A DNA stretch of 64,000 nt from assembly GCF_009914755.1 (NCBI RefSeq), contig NC_060925.1; one strand, given 5' to 3'. Source of the DNA: the human T2T-CHM13v2.0 reference genome, Homo sapiens. The notes beneath the pieces are model-generated. The model saw only the letters and a program-made list of their open reading frames with translations, made no database searches and had not been told where the DNA came from. Shown here in pieces: positions 20,059 through 39,746 of this stretch (within the stretch, counting starts at the first letter, position 1; the number at the start of each line of letters is the position of its first letter). The translations under genes were made by a program, and so were the position numbers.

Positions 20059-20408
20059 TAGGGGAGAAGAACTCTGCTCTGTTAACCTACCAGGTAACTG
20101 ACACATTTTACATATGTGTTTATAGTTCTGCCAATTTTTAATAAGAATCTGTGGAAGCTGGAGAACTGTTCTATTTATCTGCAAAATTTCAGTCCATTAC
20201 TCTAAATAGAAAATCGTTTATTTTAAAAACCAGTGTGCTTCTTAAGCTAAATTTCACTTTCCATATGTGTTTAAGAAGCTCTTTTAGATTCAGATAATTT
20301 ATTTGAATTACCTAAGCCAAAATGATATTTTCCTAAGAAAAAATTTTCTAAAAATGTGCTCACAGAGAAAAGTATGATTCCCAACATGTACTAAAATTCT
20401 CATTTGTG

Positions 20409-20740
<332 letters not shown>

Positions 20741-21616
20741 TTAAGAACCCCAACGTTCATATTAGGTATGATTCTGCTCTTGTAAATGATCAGTCTTGAC
20801 TCATTTCATCCCCCTACAAAATTCACACAAGCTACCCCAGAGAATTAGTCTTTGGGATTTTAAAGTATTTTAAAACCCACCACACAGATACAAGCATGGG
20901 TTGTTCTGAATCTAGAGCATCTGAGCATCCAAATTCTCTCCTTCCAGCTCTACATTGGCAGCATTTTGTAGGAAGAGCTACTCTTCACTGGAAAGAGAAG
21001 TGGTAATAGTTCTGTTTTCCCAGAGAAAAGGCTGCTGTCCCACCAACCGCTGGTACTGATCTGAAGGCAGAAAGGCATCATTATGCCACTAGTAAAACAT
21101 GGAGTCACTGGCCAGGTCTTGATATCCCGGCAGGGAGCAAGCTGTTCCTTTCAACGTTCTCAAGCCTGAGTCCTATGAGCCGTTTAGTTCTGAAATGTGT
21201 CTTGAGCCTCAACTTGGCTTCCTAGATTACCCACACAACCCAGCTAGACTGAGACCTTGGGAGCCTCTGTAATCTGAAGCAATGAGGGCCCAGCTGAACA
21301 AGGCTGGAGACTTGCCAAATGAACTGCCTTATCTTAATCCATCTGGAATGTCCACTAGGAGTAAGAAAACGGAAGGACAATTCCCATAGAACACAAACTA
21401 GATAAGAATCTGACATTTTTCTTTGCAATGACTTGACATCCTCACTGTTTCAAAGAAAATCACCTTAATCAGTCCAGTGGCCCTTCCTGCTACCACATGT
21501 CCCAGGCACTCATTCAGAAAATGACTTAGAGTATTTCCTAATTCCAACACATCTACACAGAATTTAGCTTCCTTTAATTTCATCCATTGCCTGCAGGACT
21601 AACAATTGAAAAGAGT

Positions 21617-22008
21617 TGCTATAGTTTGAATGTTTGTCTCCTCCAAACCTCATGTTGAAATTTGAGTCCCAGTGTTGGAAATAGGGCCTAATGGGAGGTG
21701 TTTGGGTCATGGGGGGTGGATCCCTCTTAAGTATATTAATGTCCTCTCTGGGGGAAGTGGGGTGGTGAGTGGATTCTCACTCCATTAGTTCCCACGAAAG
21801 CAAGTTGTTACAAAAAGCCTGGCACCTCCTCTTCCTGTCTCTCACTTCCTCTCTCACCATCTGATCTCTGGACAAGCTGGCTCCCCCCTTCACCTTCCAC
21901 CATGAGTGACCTGGTCCTAAATCTTCCAGCCATCAGAATTTTGACTTTTCTTTGTAAGTTACCCTGCCTCAGGTATTTCTCTATAGCAACACAAAATGGA
22001 CTAAAACA
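21617..22008 (+). mobile_element. MST-family (MSTB-like) MaLR solo LTR
   Basis: Starts tgctatagtttgaatgtttgtc...cctcatgttgaaattt; ends ctatagcaacacaaaatggactaaaaca. Confidence 0.8.
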
Positions 22009-22494
22009 GCAGTATAATCCAAAAACCACAAGCTGATGCCTGACTACCTCAGTAAATGGTTGCCTCCAAACTCATTTTAGCAAAGAAATAACTCATCTCA
22101 AAATTTAACAGAAAAAAGTAAAAGCAAACTTTCAGGAAAATGGTATTCCTGTTACCAGGAGTTAATTGGCTATGAAACAGCCAAAAGTCAGCAGCAGATA
22201 AAAGAAAAGTCTGCATAACTAGAATAATCAATAGGTAGACATTCAGCAACTATATACTCAATAGAAGACTTGCCAGTGCAGTGGCCATGCATGCCTGCTG
22301 CTGCAGGCCCACCATTCCTGAACCAGTGGCTTACATTCCACATGGAGTAGGAGTAAGCCTTTGGTCTCTTCCACACCCATTCACTGTCATGCAGGGCCTC
22401 CAAACCGCCAAAGGATGGGAACAGCAGGCAAGGGTATCTATCAAGCATGCTCCCTCTGTTCTGGACATCAGTCATGCTATTTCCCACCCATTTA

Positions 22495-23109
<615 letters not shown>

Positions 23110-24776
23110 TCAGCATCAGTGATTGACAAATGGTCACAATACTCTGGATAAATCATCAGGTACAATAACAGGTATGAAAGAAGTATGGGAGAATGAAAGT
23201 GAACATTATAATAGAAATAATCATAAAGAAACAATTACAAACTACTATTTGGCTGTGAGCCAAGTGTTGTACTAAGCACTTTACACACATTTATTCTATT
23301 ACACCTTTGTGTAATTCTAAATACACCTTTGTTCTATTAGCCAATTATTATTGGCTCAATTCTAAATACACCTTTGTTCTATTAGCCAATTATTATTCCA
23401 TAAGTTAGAAACTGGGGCTCAAAAAGATTAAGCAACTTTTTATTCAATAAATATTAATTGCTCTGATTTCATCCAACAGCTGCAGAATACACATTCTTCT
23501 CATCAGCACATGGAACATTCTCCAGGATAGACTATATGTGAGATGACAAAACAAGTGTTAACAAATTTTTAAAAATCAAATTCATATCAAGAATCTTTCC
23601 TGACCACAGTGGAAGTACACTAGAAATCAAAACATGTGGAACTTGGGAAACTTTATGAATACTTGGAAATTAAATGTGCTTGTGAATGACCAGTGGGTCA
23701 ATAGAGAAATTAAGAAGGAAATTTTAAAATGTCTTGAAACAAATGAAAATGAAAACATAACATAACAAAAACCTATGGGATACAGCACAAGAAATACTAA
23801 GAGGGAAAATTACAGCAATAAATGCCTACATCAAAGAAGTAAAAAGATTTTAAATAAACAACCTAACAATGCACTTCAAGGAACGAGAAAAGCAAGAACA
23901 AACCAAATCCAAAATTAGAAGAAGGAAAGAAATAATAAAATAAGAGTCAAAATAAATAAAATTAAGACAAAAAATACAAAAGAGCAATGAAATGACAAGC
24001 TGGGTTTTTAAAAACATAATTTTAAAAAAACCCAAACCTTTAACTAAGAAAAAGAAATTCCCAATAAAATTCAAGATGAAAAAGGAAATATTACAAGAAA
24101 TACCACACAAATACAAAGGATCATTAGAAGCTATTATGAATAATCATATGCCAACAAATTGGAAAACCTAGAGGAAATGGATAAATTCCTGGACACATAC
24201 AACCTACCAAGATTGAAACAGGAAGAAATAGAAAACTCTAACAGACCAATAACAAGAAATAAGATTAATTGAATCAGTAATAAAAAAAAAATCTCCCAAC
24301 AAAGAAAAGCCCAGGACCAGATGGCTTCAAAGCTGAATTTTACCAAAGTTTTAAAGAAGAACTAGTACCAGTTATTCTCAAACTATTTTTAAAAATTGAA
24401 GGGGAGGGCATTCTTCCAAACTCAATCTATGAGTCCAGCATTACCCTGATACCAAAACCAGACAAAGGCAAAACAAAAAAGAAAACTACAAGCCAATATT
24501 CCTGATGAACCTACATACAAAATCCTCAACAAAACACTAGCAAACTGAATCCAACAGAACATCAAAAAAAAGGTATACTCTATAATCAACTGGAATTTAT
24601 CCAGAGATGCAAGAATGACTCAACACTTGCAAATTAACAAACATGATGCATCACATCAGCAGTAGGGAAAAAAAAATGATTATCTCAATAGATGCAGAAA
24701 AAGCATTTGATAAAATTCGATATCCTTTCATGATAAAAAAAAACTCAACAAATGAGGTATAGAAGAAAGGTACTCA

Positions 24777-25122
24777 AATGCCTTACATTTGCAGCAACCT
24801 GCATGAGATTGGAGACTATGATTCTAAGTGAAGTAACTCAGAAATGGAAAACCAAACATTGTATGTCCTCACTCATGAGTGGGGGCTAAGCTATGGGGAT
24901 GCAAAGGCATAAGAATGACACAACAGACTTTGAGGACTCAGGAGGAAAGGGTGGGAAGGGGGTAGGGGATAAAAGACTACAAAATTGGGTTCAGTGTATA
25001 CTGCTTGGGTGATGAGTGTACCAAAATCTCACAAATCACCACTAAAGAACTTATTCATATAACCAAACACCCACCTGTTCCTCAATAACCTATGGAAATA
25101 AAAAAAAATTAAAAATAAAAAA
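24777..25122 (+). mobile_element. L1PB1-like 3' end nested in L1MA
   Basis: ttctaagtgaagtaactcag...aataacctatggaaataaaa terminus. Confidence 0.75.
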
Positions 25123-26580
25123 GACCTTACTTGATAAACCCACAGCTCACATCATACTGAATAGGAAAATGTTGACAGCCTTCCCTTTAAGATCTGGAAC
25201 TAGACAAGAATGCCCATTTTCACCACTGTTATTCAACATAGCACTGAAAGTCCCAGACAGAACAATTAGGCAAGAGAAAGAAATAAAGGACATCCAAATG
25301 GAAAAGGAGGAAGTCAAACTGTCCCTGTTTGCAGATATAATCATATATTTAGAGAAACATAGACTACACACACACACACACACACACAACCTGTTAGAAC
25401 TGATAAACAAATTCACTAACGTTGCAGGATACAAAACTCAACATACAAAAGTCAGTAGCATTTCCATACACCAATAGCAAACAATCTGAAAATGAAATCA
25501 AAGGAACAATTCCATTATCAATAGCTACAAAAAAAATTAAATGTCTAGGAATAAATCTAACCAAAGAGAAGAAAAATCTCTACAAATAAAGCTATAAAAC
25601 ACTGAGATAAGAAATTGAAGAGGACACAAAAAATGGAAAAGTATTCATGGATTAGGAGAATTAATATTATTACAATGTGCAATTACCCAAAGCAATCTAC
25701 AGATTCAATGCAATCCCTATTAAAATACCAATGACAATCTTCACAGAAATAGAAAAAATTAATCCTAAAATTTATATGGAATCACAGAAGACCCAGAATA
25801 GCAAAAACTATCCTGAGCAAAAAGAACAAAACTAGAGGAATCACATTACCTGACTTCAAATTATACTACAGAGTTATAGTAACCAAAACAACAGGGTAGT
25901 TGCATAAAAACAGACACATAGACCAATGGAACAGAACAGAGAACCCAGAAATAAATCCATGTATCTACAATGAACTCATTTTCAACAAAGGCGCCAAGAA
26001 TATACATTGAGAATAGGACAGTCTCTTCAACAAATGGTGCTGGGAAAACTGGATATCCATATGCAGAAGAATGAAATTAGACCCCTATCTCTTCTCATAT
26101 TCAAAAATCAAATCAAATGGATTAAAAATTTAAATCCAAGACTTCAAACTATAGAATCGATAAAATAAAACTTCGGGGAAACTCTCCAGGATGTTGGACT
26201 GGGCAAAGATTTTTAAGGTAAACCTCAAAAGTACAGGCAACCAAGGCAAAAATAGCCAAATAGGATTATATCAAGCTGAAAAGCTTCTGCACAGCAAAGT
26301 AAACAATCAACAGAATGAAGAGACAACCTACAGAATGGGAGAAAATACCTGCAAACTATTCATCTGACAAGGGATTAATATCTAGAATATACAAGGAATT
26401 CAACTCAACAGCAAAAATTGAATAATGTGATTTAAAAATGAGGAAGTAATCTGAATAGCTATTTATCAAAGGAATACATACAAATAAATGGCTAACAGGG
26501 ATATGAAAAAATGCTCATCATTACTAATCATCAGGAAAATGCAAATCAAAATGCAATGAAATGTAATCTCATCCCAGTTA

Positions 26581-26985
<405 letters not shown>

Positions 26986-27879
26986 TTATTACATACTTTT
27001 GTTGGGGATGTAAATTAATATAGCAGTTATGCAAAACATATTGAGTTTCCTTGAATAAAAATAGAACTACGATATGATTCAGCAATCCCATTGGTGGGTA
27101 TATATCCAAAGGAAAGGAAAGAGCTATTGGCACTCCCATGTTTATTGCAGCATTATTCACAGTAGCCAAGATATAGAATCAACCTAAGTGTCCATTGACA
27201 GATGAATGGAAAAACAAAATATTAATGGATATATGTACCCAATAGAATATTATTTGGCCATAAAAAAGGAATGAAATCCTGTCATTTGCAGCTCCATGGA
27301 TAACTCTGGAGGATATTATGTTAAATGAAATAAGCCAGGCACAGAAGGACAAATACCACATGTTCCGCTCATATATGAGAGCTAAAAAAGCTGACCTCCT
27401 AGAAGTAGAGAGTAGAATAGTGGTTACCAGAGGCTGAGAATGGTACAGGAAGAGAATGTGATAGGGAAGCGTTGGTTAATTGATACAAAATTTCAGCTAG
27501 AGTAAAAAAACAGGTAAGTATTTAAGGTGATGGATATCCCAACTACCCTGATTTGATTATATAAATTTATCATCCTATCACATGTACACCCAAAACATGC
27601 ACATCTAATGTGCATCAATAAAAATCGTTTTTTAAAATTAGTATTTGATAGGAGGAATAAGTGTTCTATAGCACAGTAGAGTGAATAATAATTTACTATA
27701 TATTTCAAAATAACTAGAAGAGAGGATCTTAAATGTTTCTAGCACAAAGAAATGAAAAATGTTTGAGGTGATGGAGACCTCAATTACCCCAATTTCATCA
27801 TTACATACTGCATACACGTATCAAAATATCATGTGTACTCCATAAACATATATAATTATGTATCAATTAAAAACGTTTA

Positions 27880-28620
27880 AATATATTTATTGCTCTGTGC
27901 CCGGAACTGTTCTAGGCACTGGACATGCAGCATTGAAGGAAACAGCATAATGCCTGCTCTCATGGAGCTCAGTCTAGCAGACAAATCAAAATCATTTCAA
28001 ATTGTGATAACCACTAAATAACACTGGGGCAGGCAGAACACTGTGATTTGATAAAATATGACTTGAGTAAGAGAGGGAAAGTGTTTGAATTGAAACCTGA
28101 GTGACAACAAAGAATCAGCCATTTAAGTTTGTATGGAAAAATTATCCTAGGCAGAGGGCGTAACTGGCATAATAAGCCTAGGGTGAAATAAGTTTGATAT
28201 TATCAGGAAAAGAAAGAAGTCCAATGTGGCTGAAGCACAGTGAGTGGGAGGAGGCGAGGGAGAAGATGCTAGATGAGCTCTGAAAGGAAAGCGGAAACTA
28301 GACCACACAGGACCCAGTGGAATATTGGGAGGTGTTAGATTTTATTCTATGTACGGCTGGGTGTAACCAGAGGATTTTAGGTAAAAGAATAATAATCTGA
28401 TGCATGTTTCTAAAAGATCACCCTGGCTGCTTTGTAGATAATGAGTTGGGACAAAGGATTGAGGGAAGAACAGAATCAGGGTACTTGTTATAAACAGAGA
28501 AAAAGATGAGATGATAGAGAAAAGCAGTCCAATTTTGTACATATTAATATTTCTGCAGTATAGCCAGCTGGACTTGCTGATGGTGAGAAAGAAAAGAAAA
28601 AAAAAACAGCAAGGAAGAGT
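27880..28620 (-). mobile_element. L2 fragments
   Basis: tgttctaggcactgg...cctgctctcatggagctc and aaagatcaccctggctgct L2 motifs. Confidence 0.6.
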
Positions 28621-29323
28621 ACCAACGACTACATTCCATGAGCCCAGCATGCTGGCTGGTCCAAAGTAGGCACTACAGGACTGTTTTTAAGTGAATGAGT
28701 CAACTCTAAGGTCCTACCTAGCAAGAGATGGTGACAGGATCACAAAACAGATCTAACTAGATTCAAAACGCATGCTGTTCCACATCACGGTTACATTTCC
28801 CTGAGTAACTCAGGCTTTTAAGGAAGCAGACTTAGTGCAGGAAGAAGTACAGAGAAGGCTGGCTCCAAGAGAGAATCACCAATGGGTTTCATCCTCATTA
28901 GTCAAAGGCAACAAGCTGTGCCTTCTCATACCAAGCCAAGCTGGAAGGGACTCCCAGCTGCTCCTCTATGCCACTTGCAGGTTCTTATAAATCTCTAGGT
29001 AAAACTCCCTCTTGTGTCATAGGAACTTCTTGTTACCCCTAGAGGTTGAAGACCCTTTAGTAGAGGTAAGATTAGCTGAATACCCCTGTTTCCCCTATGG
29101 TTGACACCAGCCCTTAAAAGGGGGCAAAGGAAAGCTAGAAATCCAGAGTGTCAGTGTGCATCTTTGGGTAGAGGAACACTTTCCACCCCTCTTACCAATG
29201 CACTCCTACCTACTATGCTTGAGATTTTAATTTCTCTCTCCATGAAAAGGAAATTACATGAGTGTGATTAAGGAAGCTTGGATTCTGAGACCTCAGCAAC
29301 AAAGAAGTTTGGCCTTTAAGAAT

Positions 29324-29893
29324 TGTTGGGAAAAGCTGAGTGTTGAGAGAAGCTGAGGCAGAGCTTGCATAATGTGAAAGAGTCTTGGAACATGTCCAGG
29401 GTCCAGGGTCTAAAACCCCTCATGGCCTTTGGAACACCAAGCTCTGTGTTAAAGGGTGGAAGGCTACCCTGACGCACCATAATCTAAGCCCGGGGCATAA
29501 AACCCCTCCTGGCTTCGACAGAATCCATGGCTCAGGGCATAAAACCTCTCCTGACCTCTGGCATGTGTCTAGACTTGCTAGCTCCTTGCTTCTAGCCCTC
29601 CCAGCCTCCTAGATCAATTGTGTCTTAGAATTGGCCATATAAATGCTAAACCATCACAGCTGTAAATCATGTGCTTAATGCAATGCCCCCTTTCAACCCC
29701 ACATTCTTGCCACCTGTATCTTTGTTTGATCACCAATAGTCTGGGCTTCTAGAGTTCACGGCCTTTGCAGCCTCCATAACTAGCATTGGCCCCCTGGACT
29801 CACTTTGTCTCTCAAACTGTCTTTTCTCATTCCTTTGACTCTGCTGGACTTCGTTACTCCCACGACCTGGTATTGGGTCTGATCACCCCAACA
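29324..29893 (+). mobile_element. ERVK solo LTR, LTR14B-like (HERV-K14/HML-1)
   Basis: Terminal inverted repeat tgttggg...cccaaca; TSD agaat at 29319-29323 / 29894-29898; TATA-like atataaat at ~29636. The 5' sequence tgttgggaaaagctgagtgttg matches LTR14 as recalled. Confidence 0.8.
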
Positions 29894-31110
29894 AGAATAC
29901 AGCAAATAAATGAACCTAATCAGATTTCCATTTCTGGAAAGACAGAGAAGACATATTTTTCCCTATTCCTCCCTCTAAGTGCAACTAAAAGCCTTGGTCA
30001 TTATATCTAAAACAAATATAAGATGACTCTGAAAGGTGGAGAAAAGAAAGTAAAACGGCTAGGAATGACACAGTGGTGAGCTCTCTGGGTTTTCTTTTTG
30101 CCTCATGTGTTCCTGACTTGGAGCTGAAGAAGCCAGCAACCTGGAAACTCCAAGGAGTATAGACAAAAAAAAAAAAAAAAAACAACGACAACAACAAAAG
30201 CCTATTCTTTCCAGCCAAAAGGAGTGGAAAATGGGCAGCCTCAAAAGACAGAAAGCTGTTAGATAATAACCACTCTACTATAACCATATAGCACAGAAAA
30301 ATTTTGTGCCCCCACCCCGCCTCAGCTACGCCAGCAGGGCCTACTAGGAAGCCTAGACTTCCCCTTTCTCGAAGCTATAATGAAGCACCCAATCTCCCAT
30401 CTCCTCTCCTATTGAGATATTCCAGCCAGAAAAGGCCCAGTAAGGAGCATGGACTTCCACACAATGCCACCTCCACCAACAGTAATGAGGTGCCCCTTTC
30501 CCTCCTCAATGGGATGGTCAGAGGAAGCCTAGTGGAGAGTTGGGATTTCCACCACTGCCCAGCAGTCATGAGGTCACCTCCATCCCCCACAACCCAGAGA
30601 GGTATCCATGTAAGCTTAGCGAGGAGCTGGAATTCCTATCTCTACCTGGCAGTAACAAGGAGAAGCACCCCACTCAGGTGTCAATGGAGGCTGAGTGTGA
30701 AATCTGTATGTTTACCCCAACCTGGCAAAAGTGAGAGGATGCCTCCCTCTTCTTCTGCCATATAAATATTAAACCTAAAATTCAAAATTTAAATAAGATC
30801 CAGAGACTACCCAAATGCCAAACTTTCAATAAAAAATTCATTCATTATACCAAGAACCAGGAAGACATCAAATGGAATGAAAAACAGGTAATCAATAGAT
30901 GCCAACACCAAAATTATATATCAGAAATATCAGACAAAGATTTTTGAACAGCCATCATAAAAGTGCTTTAACAAGTAATTAGGGACAAGTTTGAAACAAA
31001 TAGAAAGTCTCAGCAAAGGAGATATAAGGAACCAAATGGAAGTTTTAGAACCAGAAAATGTAATAACGAATATAAAAAAAATCCAATGGATAGGCTCAAA
31101 AGCAAAATGA

Positions 31111-31400
<290 letters not shown>

Positions 31401-32832
31401 GCAAAATGAAGAAGATGAAGAAAAAAATTAGTGAACTTGAACTTGAAGATAAAACAATAGAAATTGTCCTATAATTGTTGTTCTGTAATAGAAAGTATCT
31501 GAACAATAGAGACAGAAAGGCAAATTACATAATGATAAAAGCATCACTCCACCAAGACAGAACAATCCTGATGTATATGTACCAAACAAGAACTGCAAAA
31601 TATGTAAAGTAAAAATCTGATAAAATCAAAAGGAGAAACAGACCCACAGTACACCTCTCTCAACAACTGATAGAGCAACTAGGTAGAAAACTAGCAAAGA
31701 TATAGAAGAACTCAACAATACCATCAAACAATAAGATATAGAAGAACTCAACAATAGCATCAAACAATAGGATTTAATCAATATTTATAGAATACTCTCC
31801 CCAACAGGAGCAAAACACAGTTTTTACAAGTGTACACAAAATAATACTCAGGATAGATCATATGCTAGTCCATAAAATAAACCTTAATAAATACAACAAT
31901 TAAAATCACCAGAGTGTATTCTCAGCTACAATGGAATCACACTAGAAACCAATAAAGATAATGGGAAAATATCCAAACACTTGAAAACTATAAATATCAC
32001 ACTTCTAAATAATCCATGGGCCAAAGATAAAGTGGCAAGGGAAACTTTTATTGAACTCAATGAAAATGAAAATAGAAGTGGGATACTGTTAAAGTACTAC
32101 AAAAAGGGAAATGTTTATCACTAAATGTTTACCTAAGACAAAAAGTCTTAAATCAATATTCTAAGCTCCCACCTCAAGAATCTATCAAAAAAGAACAAAA
32201 ATAAAACTAAAGCAAGCAGAAGGAAGGAAATAATAATGAACAGAAATCGATGAAATTAAAAACAGGAAAACAAGAGGAAATCAGTGGTCTTTGAAAAGAT
32301 CAGTAACATAAAATAACATCAACAAACCTGTAGCAAGACTGAAAATAAAAAGAGAAGACAGAAATTACCAGTATTAAGAATGGAAAAGAGAATATCACTA
32401 TAAACCCTGGAGACATAAAAAAAAATAAAAATAAGGTAATGTTACAAACAACTCTACACACATAAATATGACTAGTTAGGGGAAATGGACCTCAAAAACA
32501 ACAAACTACCACACCAATAGCCACAAAATTATTGAGGGAATCAAATGCATAATTTTAAAACTCCCAGAAAAAATCCCCAGGCCCAGATGGTTTTAATAAA
32601 TAATGGTGTCAAAATTTAAAGAAGAATTAACAGCAATTCTACACAATCTCTAAAAGAAAATAGAAGCAGAGGGAACACTTCTCAATTCATTTTGTGAAAC
32701 TAATGTTACCCTGATTCCCAAAACCAAAGACAGTACAAAAAAGAAAACTACAGACTAATAGCTCTCATAAATATAGATGCAAATATCCTTAACAAATAGT
32801 AGCAAACAGAATTTAGCAATATATAAAAATGA

Positions 32833-33115
32833 GGCCAGGCATGGTGGCTCAGGCCTGTGTTCCCAGTGCTTTGAGAGGCTGAGGTAAGATGATGTTTGAG
32901 GCCAGAAATTCAAGACCAGCCATGGCAACATAGAGAGACCCCATCTCTACAAAAAAAAAAAAAAAAAAAGGTCAGGGGTGGTGGTACATGCCTATAGTCC
33001 TAGCTGCTTGGGAGGCTGAGGCAGGAGGATCACTTGAGCCCAGGAGTTCGAGGCTGCAGTGAGCTAGCATCACAGCACCACACTCCAGCCTGGGTAACCA
33101 AGCAAAATCCTGTCA

Positions 33116-33146
<31 letters not shown>
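32833..33146 (+). mobile_element. AluJ with expanded middle and 3' A tracts
   Basis: ggaggatcacttgagcccaggagttcgaggctgcag (J-type diagnostic). Confidence 0.88.
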
Positions 33147-33148
<2 letters not shown>

Positions 33149-34791
33149 TTGGGGTACATTTCAAGAGTGCAAGGCTGGCTCAATATTGAAAAAAAAAGCC
33201 ATGTAATGTATGATATTAACAGGCTAATGAAAAAAACACTCTTATCAATTGATATACAAAAACACTCAATAAAATTCAACACCCAACACCCATTCATAAA
33301 ACTCTCAGAGAAAAAAAATAGAAATAGAGGAGAACTTCCTAAACTTAATAAAGAGCATCTACCAAAAAACCTACAGCTAACATTACTCTTAATGGTGAAA
33401 GAATGAAAATTTTCCCCCTACGACAAGGAACAAGGCAAAATATCAGCTCTCACAATTCTTAATCAACACAGTACTGCTGTTGCAATAATGCAAAAAAAGG
33501 AAATAAATGGCATCCAGATCAGAGAGGATGAAATAAAAATATCCCTATTTGCAAATGACATAATGCTACACAGAACATCCCAAAGAATTCACATAAAAAC
33601 TTCCAGAACTAATAAGTGAGTTCAGCAAGGTCATGTGATACAAGATACACATATAAAAATTATTGTATTTCTACACAATAGAAATGAACACCAAAATTAC
33701 ATAATACCATTTATAATCATTCCAAAAATACTTAGATGTAAATATAACAAAACGTGCAGGATTTGAATGCTGAAAACAACAAAATGCTGATGAAAGAGAT
33801 TAAAGAAATGGAGAGACATACCATGTTCCTAAATTAGAAGACAAAACATACTAAAGATATCCATTCGCTCCAAATCGTTATACAAGTTTAGCACAATTTC
33901 TATCAAAATGCTGGCAAGAGTTTTTGTAGATGTGCACAAGATTACTTTAAAATTTATATGAAAGTCAAAGAAACAAAAATAGCTAAAACAATCTTGAATA
34001 ACAAAAATAAAGTGGTTCAAACTCATCAAATTATATACATTAAACATAACTGGGTTTTTAGTTTTGGTTTTGGGTTAATATATCAATTATACTTCAATAA
34101 AGCTGTTTTTAAAAAGAAAGTAGGAGGAATCAGTCTAACCAATCACAAGACTTGATATATAGCACAGTAATGAAGACTATGTGGTATTGGAAAAAGAATA
34201 TAGATTCATAGAACAGAATAGAGATTCCAGAAATAGACCCATACAAATATACTCAACTAATTTTTCACAATGGTGCAAACGCAATTTGTGCAGGAAAGAC
34301 AGCCTTTTTAACAAACGGCATGGGAACAAGTGGACATCAATAAGCCAGAAAAGGAACCAGGACCTAAGTCTCGCATCTTATTTAAAAATTAACTCAAAAT
34401 GGATTGTGGACTTAAATATAAAACATAAAACTAAAAAAGTTTTTTTTAGAAAAAAAAAGAAAATCTTCAGAATCTAGGGCTAGGCAAACTGTTCTTAGAT
34501 TTGACACCAAAAGCATAATCCATAAATGGGAAAACTGACAAGTTGGACTTCATCAAAATTTAAAACAAAAGACTGTGTTGAGGATGAAATGAAAATCTAT
34601 GACTGAAAGGAATATCTGCAAAGCAAACGTCAAATAAAGAAATAGTATCTAGAATATATAATCTATAATATATAACCTCAAAACTCAACTATAAAAAATG
34701 TAAAAGCTGAGTAAAAGGTATAAACAGACATTTACCCAAAAGGAGATACAGATAACCAATAAGCACATGAAAAAAATGTTCAACTCATTAG

Positions 34792-37713
<2,922 letters not shown>

Positions 37714-38931
37714 AGTGACAACACCAACTGCTGGTGAGAATGCAGATAAACTAGATCATTCATATATTCTTAGTAGGAATGTAAAATGGTGCGGGCACTC
37801 CAGAAGAGTTTGGCAGTTTATTAACAACTAAATATGCAACTACCATATGACCTAGCAATTACACTCCTGGGCATTTATCCCAGAAGAATGAAAACTTATG
37901 TTCACATAAAAACTTGTACATGAATGTTTATAGCAGCTTTACTCATAATTGGCCAAAACCGGAAACAATCCAAATATCCTTCAACAGATAAATGGTTAAA
38001 CTGTGTTGCTTCTATATATATCATAGAGCTCTACTCAGCAATAAAAATATAAAAACTATTGATACATGCAGCAATCTGGATGAATCTCCAGAGACTGAAA
38101 AAAAAACCTCAAAGATTACATACTTATGACTCCATATATATAACATTCTTGAAATGACAAAATTATAGAAAGAGACTTAGTAACTTACCAGGGCTTAAGG
38201 AAGGAGTAAGGGCAGGAAGGAAGGGGGTGGGGGGTGCCCATAAGAAGGCAACATGAGGTATTCTTATGGTGATGAAAATATTCTGTACCTTGACTATATC
38301 AATGCCAATATCCAGGTTGTGATATTGTACTATAGTTTTGCAGGCAATTACCATCAGGAGAAGCTGGGTAAAAGGCCCATGGGGTCACTTACATCGTTTC
38401 TTACAACTCTATATGAATCTAGTTATCTCAAAATAAAAAATTTAGTTTTTAAAATCAACTGAATGTAGATGAATTACAAATATTTTTAAGGGATCCTGAG
38501 TATTCAGCTAAGGGAAAGGCAAGGTGAAAAGGGAGGCAAGTTATACAGGGGCTTATTGCGTGTTTTCAAGATACAGTCTGGGTGATAAGACTATTCAGCA
38601 AGAACTCAAAAGAATCCACAGTAAACAGACACCTGCTGTTTGCAAACCAGTAATCTAGAGCTCCATAGTTCTTGGTAACAAATCCTCAGGAGGAAATGCC
38701 CTTTCAAAGAAAAATGGCTCTTCTGTGACAGTTTGATATAATCTATAATTATTTCTAGGTGGATTTCCCATTCTGATTCTTTCTAGGATGCTATTAGGCC
38801 CTGCCTGAGTGAGGCCTTAGTTCAATAGTGTCTTCATACCTCCCCAAAATGCCAGGTTGACCACAGACTCTCCCCTGATGATATTCCTACAACATGTATT
38901 CAAAGAGGAATTGATGGCAGCACTAGGCTAG

Positions 38932-39302
<371 letters not shown>

Positions 39303-39746
39303 GGGTACTGGCATTCTAAAATATTTTTATTGCTAGGACATTTTATCAGGATAAATGTGAGACATTCTCTTTCCAAGTCTTTATATAAAAGGCTATGAGT
39401 GATTCCAGTAAGATCAAGTTTTTACCATCTGACCTGGGATCTTACATATTTCACCCTGATATAAACTCTTTAGCAATTATCAGGACATTACTGAAAACAG
39501 AAGATGGAAATTCCATGGAGTGAGTTCTTTATTACAGAAAACCAACATGCTTGAGAGAAATTCCCTGACCAAAAGAGTATTTCACAGCTAGTTAACTATC
39601 TGGCTCCAATAGTCCTTTCAAAATACAGTACAAATGACTATTCATATTCCTCAGAAAGATTTCCCTGAGACTGACCACCTTCCTCCTCAGAAGTGTGTGT
39701 AGAAATGGATTCAGACTAGAAAGACAGGTGACAGCATTGCTCTGAT

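Noticed and set aside
30304-30765. 153-aa proline/serine-rich ORF
   Set aside because: It falls in the 5' region of an ancient L1M element, has a non-ATG start and shows no recognisable domain or splice context.
34052-34078. Telomere-like tttttagttttggttttgggtta
   Set aside because: Too short and irregular; low-complexity sequence inside a small old L1 3'-tail insertion.
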